Source: Nitrosopumilus sp. (GTDB lineage Archaea > Thermoproteota > Nitrososphaeria > Nitrososphaerales > Nitrosopumilaceae). Taken from it: a DNA stretch of 32,000 nt. Positions 8,193 to 15,432 of this stretch are shown here, piece by piece (within the stretch, counting starts at the first letter, position 1; each line of letters opens with the position of its first letter). A model generated the notes under the pieces. That model was not told the DNA's origin. It worked only from the letters and a program-made list of their open reading frames with translations, and made no database searches. The DNA is taken from contig OZ243974.1 in NCBI GenBank assembly GCA_965214775.1, forward strand, positions 2,328,632 through 2,360,631. Reading direction: 5' to 3'. The position numbers and the translations under genes are program-made.

Positions 8193-9224
8193 ATGGATCA
8201 TAGGATCGACGTCCCCGTATCAATGAAATCAAAGACCAACAAGAAGGAATCCAAGAAGGAATCCAAGAAGGAATCCAAGAAGGAATCCAAGAAGGAATCC
8301 AAGAAGGAATCCAGCAAGGCCAGCAAGAAAAAAAAGTCAGAGTACACGAGACCTCCGGAATACTATGCCGAGTACGAGGAAAAAAGGAGAGAGGACAGCA
8401 AGAGGTGCGGCATCGGAATCAAAAAGATCCGCAAGATCCTCCTGTCCCTCCTCCATAACACAGAGCAAGAGGATGAAATTCCCTATCTTCTGTGCGTACT
8501 CGACATGGAGTACCGCGGAAACTCGTATCGCAGACACGTCGAATACATGGAGTCGAATCCTGGTTCAACTAACATGTACGGGCTCAAAAAGGTTCCGGCC
8601 AAGTCGACACTGCATGATGCAGCCGTAAGGATAGCTGCCTGGGACAAGTCGGTGCTAAGATCGGTACTCTCAGAACAGGCAGGCGCAGACGCCAGGGGAA
8701 CGTTGCTTGGCGACTCTAGCGGTTTCTCCATAATGAGATACCACACATGGGAGGACGCAAAGAAGGGCGTCATATCCAGGCAGATGTTTGCCAAGCTGCA
8801 CATACTGTTGGCCCCGCACGGCAAGATTGCCGCCTGCGAGGTGACGCCGGGCGAATTCCATGATTCCCCGGTGTTCCGTAACGAGCTGCTACCGCAGGTT
8901 CCCAACGGCACAGGACACGTGATCCTGGATGCCGCATACGACTCGTATGAGAACTGCAGGGTCATAGCCGACGGAGGCAGAACCCCAGTGATATGTCCGC
9001 GTATAGGATATACGGTTCACGGGTTCAACGCCCGCTCCAAGATGCTAAGATGGCACAAAAAGGACCCCGAGGGATTCGAGAAGACGTACCACCAGCGCAG
9101 CCTCGTTGAGTCGGCCTTCTCGTCGATAAAGGCAAGGTTTGACTCCACGGTGCGCGCCATGTCGCTTCCGATGCAGTCGCTCAGGCTTACCCTCAAGGTA
9201 TTCTGCTACAATCTGGTCAGCTAG
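8193..9224 (+). CDS. DDE transposase (DDE_Tnp_1, IS4/IS5 type) of IS-C
   Basis: LLGDSSGFS, VILDAAYDSYEN and YHQRSLVESAFSSIKARF match the DDE plus Y-R-E signature of IS4/IS5 transposases. Has an N-terminal (KKES)n low-complexity tail. Confidence 0.85.
   Translation: MDHRIDVPVSMKSKTNKKESKKESKKESKKESKKESKKESSKASKKKKSEYTRPPEYYAEYEEKRREDSKRCGIGIKKIRKILLSLLHNTEQEDEIPYLLCVLDMEYRGNSYRRHVEYMESNPGSTNMYGLKKVPAKSTLHDAAVRIAAWDKSVLRSVLSEQAGADARGTLLGDSSGFSIMRYHTWEDAKKGVISRQMFAKLHILLAPHGKIAACEVTPGEFHDSPVFRNELLPQVPNGTGHVILDAAYDSYENCRVIADGGRTPVICPRIGYTVHGFNARSKMLRWHKKDPEGFEKTYHQRSLVESAFSSIKARFDSTVRAMSLPMQSLRLTLKVFCYNLVS
8241..8312 (+). repeat. Six perfect 12-bp tandem repeats (AAGAAGGAATCC), encoding (KKES)6
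   Basis: Counted directly in the sequence; in frame within the IS-C transposase N-terminus. Confidence 0.9.
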
Positions 9225-9418
9225 GATCCATAATGCCGGTACGGTGGAATCGTCCGGCTAGCGGATGCTATGCAGTATGACGTCAAAACACGGGCCATAA
9301 CTGCACAATGCGGGCCGGAGTGCGGATTCGTCTCTATGTTTGCAGTCATTGCGCCATGATTTTGTACAAATCTCCCCGGAAATCACGTCCTAAAATCACG
9401 ATTCCGGACAACGCCACG

Positions 9419-9844
9419 CTATCCTGAAAACTGCCCTATTTTCCTTAGTGCGTCGCCGATTGTTTTGAGATCTTTTGCGGCTTCCTCCATATTGCCTACC
9501 AGTTTGACAAAATATTCGTGACCATAATCTTGAGCTTTATGGATGTCGGCCTCGTAGCACTGTAACGCCTTTTCTAAAAACGTGACTTCGTCAACCAGCT
9601 TACTTGTTGACCGGATGTCATCCAAGCTATTTTCGATTTTTTCAACCGTTCTGTCGATTTTTGGAACGGTTTTTACTGCCTGCTGGTAAAGTACTGAGGC
9701 AAACATTGCAGCCGTATCTTTTAGTTCTGGACTGTCTCCTAGCGTCTTTAATCGTTTTTTGTAGTGCCGCAGTGATTTTAGGACAATCTCGTATCCTCCT
9801 TCGTCCTTGAGAAATATTGCACCAAGCCATGCTTTTTCAGACAA
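9419..9844 (-). CDS. Hypothetical protein (helical, charged)
   Basis: 141-aa AT-rich ORF with a TTG start. A TATA-like AAAATTATAGC lies about 25 nt upstream on the minus strand. The stop codon lies inside the right copy of the IS-C target duplication. Confidence 0.55.
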   Translation of the reverse strand: MSEKAWLGAIFLKDEGGYEIVLKSLRHYKKRLKTLGDSPELKDTAAMFASVLYQQAVKTVPKIDRTVEKIENSLDDIRSTSKLVDEVTFLEKALQCYEADIHKAQDYGHEYFVKLVGNMEEAAKDLKTIGDALRKIGQFSG

Positions 9845-10107
9845 TTCACATGATCGTCTCTTTTATGCTATAATTTTGTTGCCTCTTTGGCAGCGCTGGT
9901 ATGGTTCCTGTGCCAAGGCACAGAACGGACTGGTGCCGCAGCAGACGCATGAGAAAATCGAAATTATTTTACAATGATTTCTGGCCGAAGAGATCAAAGA
10001 TCAGCCAGATGTATGGTATCGCACATGTGCATGAGCAGCAAACAAACAAACAAGAAACACATCCCGAAGAAGAAAAAACATGTCTCTCCCAAACACGGGC
10101 CGTGCAG

Positions 10108-10280
10108 GCCCGGGATCTGATTCGAAACTAGAAACCGTAAATGTCGGGATTTTTACGTACGTTTGCCAGGTGATTTCACATACAGATAGCATGCCATTTG
10201 CAGGCATCTTGATCGGCTTAACGCAAGTTTGCTTATGCATGAACGATTCGAATCTGCTAATCGCTTCAAGCCGACTCTCT
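10108..10280 (-). mobile_element. MITE-A copy (reverse orientation)
   Basis: Aligns along its length with the reverse complement of 11897-12055 (e.g. ACGTACGTTTGCCAGGTGATTTCAC, GCAAGTTTGCTTATGCATGA, TTCGAATCTGCTAAT). Boundaries are approximate. Confidence 0.65.
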
Positions 10281-10373
10281 GGACTCGAGTCTGGCAAACA
10301 AAGAAGGTCTTTTTTGTAAAGGCTGCAAATTCGTTATCGCAGTTGAGAAATACAAGCGAATGCTTTGGCATGT

Positions 10374-10598
10374 CTAGACGTCATAATTTTCCTTAATCGG
10401 AGGTTCATTTCTGCTTATCAAAAATAGCATGATTCCTCCCAATGTGGCCCCCATCCCGCTTAATCCGACAAACGTGCCAACATTCTTTACTAGTCTTAGG
10501 CTGGAATCCGTCTCCCCCAATCTGATCGAATAAAACATAATCAGGCCTAGAACAAGCATGCAAACTCCGACAATTATGATTATTTTTCCAGTTTTCAT
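10374..10598 (-). CDS. Small membrane protein (two predicted TM helices)
   Basis: 74 aa with two hydrophobic stretches (IIIIVGVCMLVLGLIMFYSI and FVGLSGMGATLGGIMLFLI). AT-rich native composition. Confidence 0.5.
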   Translation of the reverse strand: MKTGKIIIIVGVCMLVLGLIMFYSIRLGETDSSLRLVKNVGTFVGLSGMGATLGGIMLFLISRNEPPIKENYDV

Positions 10599-10680
10599 AC
10601 TTTTTTACCTAATTGCTAACTAATAAACTCCAAATGTGGTTTTACTTGTTTTAGTGAAACACTATCTAAGCAAAATATAC

Positions 10681-10723
10681 CGAAAAATTCGGTCACTTGC
10701 TGTCTCTAATTTCGAATCGTCAC
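10681..10723 (+). mobile_element. Solo right-end remnant of MITE-A/IS-A
   Basis: CGAAAAATTCGGTCACTTGCTGTCTCTAATTTCGAATCGTCAC is nearly identical to the right end of the MITE-A copy at 12011-12053. No matching left end is adjacent. Confidence 0.65.
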
Positions 10724-10732
10724 TAGGGAAGT

Positions 10733-10848
10733 TGTAAGAAAGATACCATCACCGGGGAAATCGTTATTGACGGGCAGACTGGAGAGAAATACGATGTCAA
10801 GCGAAGAAGGGAAGGGGGAGAAGGAGCGAACTGCTTTTTGGATCCAAC
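10733..10848 (+). mobile_element. 3'-terminal fragment of the IS481-like element IS-D
   Basis: GGGGAAATCGTTATTGACGGGCAGACTGGAGAGAAATACGATGTCAA...GCGAACTGCTTTTTGGATCC aligns with 31904-31978, the C-terminal codons plus right IR of IS-D. Confidence 0.75.
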
Positions 10849-10997
10849 AGGCGAAAAACAAGGCAAGGGATCTGTTGTTTGCCGATTGCCGCTTGCACAA
10901 CTATCAGATCACATGTCCTGTCTGCGGCCGTTCCAGAAACGTTCAAAGAACTGATTTTTGGAGATCCTTAAGGTACCCAAAGACATCCGTATTTTTG

Positions 10998-11829
10998 ATG
11001 CCAGACAAGTTGAATAAGATCACGTCGTTTCTCCGTACCCTGCCGGATTTTCTCATTATAGGGGCTGCCAAGTCAGGTACCACGTCGCTGTACAGCCTGA
11101 TAAGCGCACATCCGCATGTGCTTCCCGCACGGGTCAAAGAAATACGATACTTTGCAAGCCCAAGAAACTATCTGTTCGGCCTGTCATGGTACCGCAGTCA
11201 CTTTCCGATCGTATTTCAGATGTGCTGCTCTGCCCTGCTGCACAGGCACCGGATGCAGACCGGCGAGGCCAACCCAATTAACATGTTTCACCAAGATGTT
11301 CCGGGCCGGGTTAAGGCCGCGCTTCCGAACGTCAGACTGATAGCCATACTGCGCAACCCCATCGACCGCGCCTATTCAGAATACAACATGCAGCTCAGAA
11401 AGGGGCACGAGTCGCTGACTTTTGAGGATGCAATAGACGCAGAGTGTAACAGGTCACTATCGGGTGGTGATGGTGGGGGGGGGGGAGGGCGCGGCATCGG
11501 ATCCTAGATCCGAGTACAACCTTCATCACTCCTATCTGGGCAGGAGCCGTTATGCGGAGCAACTGATCCGCTGGTACAAGCACTTTGACAGGAACCGGGT
11601 CCTGATCCTGACGACCGAGGATCTGGAGGACGACGTACAGGGCATGCTTGACAGGGTCTTTGGGTTTTTGGGACTGAAACCGTTTGAGGCCGACGATTCA
11701 GTCATGCTCAACCTGGGCAGCTATCAGCCGATGAGACGCGACACGCGCAGGATACTAGTTGACTATTTTCGTCCGCACAACGAACGACTGTCCAATCTTT
11801 TGTCGCGTGGATTTGATTGGGATCGGTGA
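10998..11829 (+). pseudogene. Sulfotransferase paralogue (ST2), frame broken at a G11 tract
   Basis: LPDFLIIGAAKSGTTSLY and ILRNPIDRAYSEY are colinear with ST1. The frame shifts +1 at GGGGGGGGGGG (11475-11485); the C-terminal half (YNLHHSYLGRSRYAEQLIRWYK...FDWDR) is in ORF 11464-11829. The ATG at 10998 is the first Met downstream of the IS-D fragment. The longer listed ORF (10767) starts inside that fragment. Confidence 0.8.
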
Positions 11830-11896
11830 CCCGTGTCGAGTAGAATGCAATCCAAGCCGCATGCCGGAGTGGACTCTAATCCTTCATGTACCATGT

Positions 11897-12055
11897 CAAG
11901 AGATGGTTCGAAATTAACAGATTCGGATCATGCATAAACAAACTTGCCTCAAATCGATTAAAATACACACAAATGACATGTTATCTGTCAAATGATTTGG
12001 CAAACGTACAGAAAAATTCGGTCACTTGCTGTCTCTGATTTCGGATCACCTCTCT
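11897..12055 (+). mobile_element. MITE-A copy (159 bp), deletion derivative of IS-A
   Basis: Ends AGAGATGGTTCGAAATTAAC and GATTTCGGATCACCTCTCT mirror the IS-A termini. The sub-terminal sequence aligns with the IS-A left region (4610-4740). No coding capacity. Confidence 0.75.
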
Positions 12056-12168
12056 ACCGTCCATGATACATGCTATGCATTTCCTCTGCAACATCTATTC
12101 GTAACATCCCTGACTCGTAACAGAATATCTCCTAGCCGGAGTTGAAGTCGTCTCCTTTGCCTGCCAAA

Positions 12169-12222
12169 CATGAAAATCACAACTGCAGGCAAACGTGTGT
12201 CTGATTGCTGCCTAGGCAGGGG
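12169..12222 (-). repeat. Repeat R', right (inverted) copy of the 54-bp repeat
   Basis: Its reverse complement equals 3420-3473 except for 2 substitutions. Weaker similarity continues inward to about 12060. Confidence 0.85.
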
Positions 12223-12964
12223 TCATCATATTGCTCTGACTCTGGAAGTTCAGGCACGAATTTTGATACCAAAAAAGGGCCTTCAAACAGAATTCATGCC
12301 TAAACTCAGAAATGGATTCTATAGTCCGAACTGTTACGTCTATTCCTGCATTTTTCAATCCTTTTATCACCTCCACGCGGATCATTCCCTGGAGGATCAT
12401 CATATGCAACCATCTATCAGTGTGCAAAGCACAAAGCAAAAGCACCTTGATTTTACCCTTCAAAAACTAGTGTGCAAAACACATGTCTTGTTGAGGATTG
12501 ATCCGTCATCATAGCTACGGCAAGAATGTTTTATCCTGTATTCAAAAACGATCCTTTTGGCTCACATTTGGCCTAGCTGGCTGATGCAGAAAAACTAAAA
12601 AATCGATCAAAACCCAAGAACAAGATTTGATCAAAGCCAAAGAAAATCGCTTAACTCCTACCATTGCAGTATCTAAAGAAAAAGAAAATATCGCTAAAAA
12701 ATCTTGGAGGAAAAAACTAGATTAAAATCTCAAACCTGTATTTTCAACCATTCGAGAAAAGAAACAAAAATCCAATGAATCATTGAGAAAGAAACGCAAA
12801 AAAAACTGAGGCCCAAACTAAATTTAAAAATCAGAGATTAAGTGCAACAACAAAAAATCAAGAGGCAATTGCCGAAAAGGACAAAAAACTAAAATCTCTA
12901 AAAACCCCCAAACACGTTAAACCGAAAACCACAAAAAAAGACTTTTATCAAAAAGCCAAAGAAA

Positions 12965-13579
12965 TCACCCCGTCTTTATTGTGATTTCCTCGCCGTTGCC
13001 AATTGGCAATGTGACGGTTCGGACGTTTTGGTGTTTTTTAACGTGTTCGGCATACCTTGACATGTGTTCTTTGTATTTTTCTGGATACAACATGTTGTCT
13101 GTCATGATGACCCCTCCTATTGACACCATGGGTAATATCAAATCAAAATAGTCCGTGACACTTTCCTTGTCTGCATCAATCAGCACAAAATCAAAAAATT
13201 CTTGAAATTTTTCTTGGTCAAATTCTGATAAAATTTCTTTGGCAGCTCCATTTCTTATTGTGATGTTTTGAGAAACTCTGGCATCTTCAAAGTTTTTTTC
13301 TGCCCTTGCTATCTTGTCGGGGTTTTGCTCTATCGTGATAATTTTTCCCTGATTTTCTAAAATTGCTTCGGCACACCAGATAGTTGAATATCCTGCTGAC
13401 ATTCCTACCTCGAGAACGTTTTTGGCATTTTTTAGCCGTAAAATCATGTTCAGCAGCTCGCCTGTCTCCTTGGTTATGGCCAGCATTCTATCGTCCGGTG
13501 AGACAGCGACTTTTCTTGATTTTTCCAACTGTGACTGTTTTTCTAATCTGTCTAGTACCTTGGAGATATCTGAATTCAT
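12965..13579 (-). CDS. SAM-dependent O-methyltransferase (class I, caffeoyl-CoA OMT-like)
   Basis: LEVGMSAGYSTIW (SAM motif I), IITIEQNPD, FDFVLIDADKES and GGVIMTDNML are the canonical family-3 O-methyltransferase blocks. Confidence 0.8.
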   Translation of the reverse strand: MNSDISKVLDRLEKQSQLEKSRKVAVSPDDRMLAITKETGELLNMILRLKNAKNVLEVGMSAGYSTIWCAEAILENQGKIITIEQNPDKIARAEKNFEDARVSQNITIRNGAAKEILSEFDQEKFQEFFDFVLIDADKESVTDYFDLILPMVSIGGVIMTDNMLYPEKYKEHMSRYAEHVKKHQNVRTVTLPIGNGEEITIKTG

Positions 13580-13673
13580 GTTTGATCCATGTTTTTAAAT
13601 AATTTAATCCTGCTTGATTTTTTCAAGTAATTATATTATAGCTTATATTTAGTGTAGAAATTTTTCTGATTGT

Positions 13674-14054
13674 ATGGCTGGAAAGAAAAAAGTCGATTTA
13701 CTAGAAATTGTTCAAGAAATCCTCAATCTAGACTCTAAGATGAGATTTACCGCAATCATTGATCCAAAAGGAAACATCAGAGAAGCCATTATGAAGACAG
13801 GCAAGACCAATCTAAAAAGCCAAAAAGAGGAAGAGCACTTTTGCAGACAGGTTGCCCAAAGAAGAAGCATGAGAAAAGAATTTGATCGTTCTCTTGGAAA
13901 AGTCAGATATGTCCATGTCGAAAGAGAAAAAGTTTCACAGATGGTCATCTACACGAAAAGAAACATCGTATACTTTACTATGGAACCTGAGATGCCCATA
14001 GACACAAAAATTCGCTTAATTACTAAAATTAAAAAAATTACTGCCGATATCTAG
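13674..14054 (+). CDS. Hypothetical protein
   Basis: 126-aa AT-rich ORF with protein-like composition. No motif recognised. MITE-C sits next to its stop codon. Confidence 0.55.
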   Translation: MAGKKKVDLLEIVQEILNLDSKMRFTAIIDPKGNIREAIMKTGKTNLKSQKEEEHFCRQVAQRRSMRKEFDRSLGKVRYVHVEREKVSQMVIYTKRNIVYFTMEPEMPIDTKIRLITKIKKITADI

Positions 14055-14064
14055 TCTTTAGACC

Positions 14065-14194
14065 GGGGTTGTTTCCTAATTCCACCTGCCTGACTCAGTC
14101 TGTATGTTTTTCTGAATTTTTGCCCTTTTGCGCGCCTGATCCATGTGGCATTCCAGCGGTTTTCAGGAATTCCGGCGAATTAGGAAACAGCCCC
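14065..14194. mobile_element. MITE-C (130 bp) with 9-bp target-site duplication
   Basis: 18-bp TIRs GGGGTTGTTTCCTAATTC / GAATTAGGAAACAGCCCC (1 mismatch), flanked by CTTTAGACC at 14056-14064 and 14195-14203. The TIR start GG(G/C)GTTGT..CC..AATT resembles the IS-C TIR. Confidence 0.8.
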
Positions 14195-14371
14195 CTTTAG
14201 ACCGTCTGATTTCTTTTGAATGCCATATGTTTTTCAAAGCATCATTCTGAAGGCTCAAACGTTGAACGTGGAAAAACACTATCATGACTGCCAGCAGCTC
14301 AACAAACCTTTCATAAAAGCCAAGGCAAATCCAAAACACCAGTAGACGCTATGTGAAACCTTGTCCGTATC

Positions 14372-14470
14372 CTGTGATATGACGTCATTGTTGGGTCTGA
14401 GAGAGCTGCCGATGTGGGTGTTGAGTGCGGCCTGTCTGCTGTGATATGACGTCATTGTTGGGTCTGAGAG
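14372..14470 (+). repeat. Two perfect 32-bp direct repeats, 67-bp period
   Basis: CTGTGATATGACGTCATTGTTGGGTCTGAGAG occurs at 14372-14403 and 14439-14470. Each contains the 10-bp palindrome ATGACGTCAT. A short CCGAT follows both. Confidence 0.85.
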
Positions 14471-14609
14471 CCGATCGGTACTTGCTATGTACAAAGATGC
14501 TAGGCAGGCTGACTTGCAACAGCAACAGGCAGAAGGCAACATGCCGTGCAGACGGCGAATGGGACATTCCTCCCGGATCAGGAATTCTGATCAAGCAGTA
14601 GGCAATAGC

Positions 14610-14777
14610 ATGATCAACGCGGGAATAGGCGTAGACAAAAAGAAGTGCGTTGCAGCAACAAAGGACAATTCGGGCAACTGCTTCCCAAGTGTTTCATCTT
14701 TGAGAACGGTGTTTTTGCAACAACGGACTCTGCAACAAACCTCAAGACAAAACCCGGGATAATTGCCAATCAGGGAA
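14610..14777 (+). pseudogene. Possible N-terminal fragment of an IS110-family (DEDD) transposase
   Basis: MINAGIGVDKKKCVAATKDNSGN resembles the IS110 N-terminal GIDVxKxxxxVA motif. An adjacent frame reads FIFENG. It is truncated by the MITE-A copy at 14778. Assignment rests on about 25 residues only. Confidence 0.3.
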
Positions 14778-14932
14778 AGAGGGTTGGTTCAAAATTCAGA
14801 CTCGGATACGTATAAACAAATTCACCTACACACAAATCGATTAAAATTCCTACAAACTGCATTGTCTGCAAAATAACTTTGACAAACGTACAGAAAAATC
14901 CGGGCATTTGCTTTCTGATTTCGGATTCTCCC
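14778..14932 (+). mobile_element. MITE-A copy (about 155 bp)
   Basis: AGAGGGTTGGTTCAAAATTCAG...CAAACGTACAGAAAAATCCGGGCATTTGCTTTCTGATTTCGGATTCTCCC aligns end to end with 11897-12055. Confidence 0.7.
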
Positions 14933-14968
14933 AATGTCCATTTTTTTAAATAGGCGCCCTGGTGTCTT

Positions 14969-15110
14969 CAGTAGTTGAAAATGTACATTATGTATGCCAC
15001 CTGTGTGGTGGCGCCTCCATCCATCCACGGCTCTGCACACATGGGATTCCGCATGCCAGAACCACGTGAGACAGCTGCTCTGGTGAACAAAAGTACATTT
15101 TCAACTACTG
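14969..15110. mobile_element. MITE-E (142 bp), 18-bp perfect TIRs, 6-bp duplication
   Basis: CAGTAGTTGAAAATGTAC (14969-14986) and GTACATTTTCAACTACTG (15093-15110), flanked by TGTCTT at 14963-14968 and 15111-15116. GC-rich interior. No matching autonomous IS in the window. Confidence 0.75.
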
Positions 15111-15156
15111 TGTCTTGATTATATACATTAATATCCTAATTTACAATACAAAACGT

Positions 15157-15432
15157 ATGAAAATCCTGATTGACGAAATGGATGACGGATGGGATGAAAA
15201 GCTCAACGATTTGGGACATGATGCATATAGCGTTAAAAAATTACGCATGGAGGGGCACAAGCTTGGATCTGACTATTCTGTGATAAATTATGCAAAAGAA
15301 AACGGCATGATTTTGGTTACCCGTGATAAGGAAAACGGCAAGGCTTGTCAGGAAAGTGGTTTGCCACACATATGGTTGACCGATGATTATATTTTCAAAC
15401 TAGTTGTTGAAAAATTAAAAAATCTTAGTTGA
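15157..15432 (+). CDS. Small PIN-like / Mut7-C-type (DUF5615-like) putative nuclease domain protein
   Basis: MKILIDEM...LGHDAYSV...SDYSVINYAKENGMILVTRDKE follows the M-x-ILxDE / GHD / ilvTxDkd pattern of DUF5615 and Mut7-C PIN-like domains. The Met at 15157 is preferred over TTG 15115 (TATA-like ATATACATTA about 30 nt upstream). Confidence 0.5.
   Translation: MKILIDEMDDGWDEKLNDLGHDAYSVKKLRMEGHKLGSDYSVINYAKENGMILVTRDKENGKACQESGLPHIWLTDDYIFKLVVEKLKNLS

Larger units (their letters stand above)
8121..9415 (+). mobile_element. IS-C, IS4/IS5-type insertion sequence with 9-bp target-site duplication
   Basis: 15-bp perfect TIRs, GGCGTTGTCCGGAAT (8121-8135) and ATTCCGGACAACGCC (9401-9415). Flanked by identical ACGCTATCC at 8112-8120 and 9416-9424. 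Confidence 0.9.

Noticed and set aside
9901-10319. ORFs 9901-10131 (+), 10001-10297 (-) and 10080-10319 (+).
   Set aside because: They mostly run through the reverse-oriented MITE-A copy and adjacent GC-rich debris, and show no motifs.
12170-12514. ORFs starting MKITTAGK.. at both R copies (3281-3472 minus, 12170-12514 plus), which could suggest a conserved small gene.
   Set aside because: Only the first ~20 codons, the repeat itself, are shared. The two nucleotide differences are non-synonymous and the sequences diverge completely beyond the repeat.
14372-14470. Possible mini-CRISPR array (32-bp repeat, about 35-bp spacer).
   Set aside because: Only two repeats. Similarity (CCGAT) continues past the repeat, as expected for a tandem duplication. 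No cas genes or leader-like region in the window.
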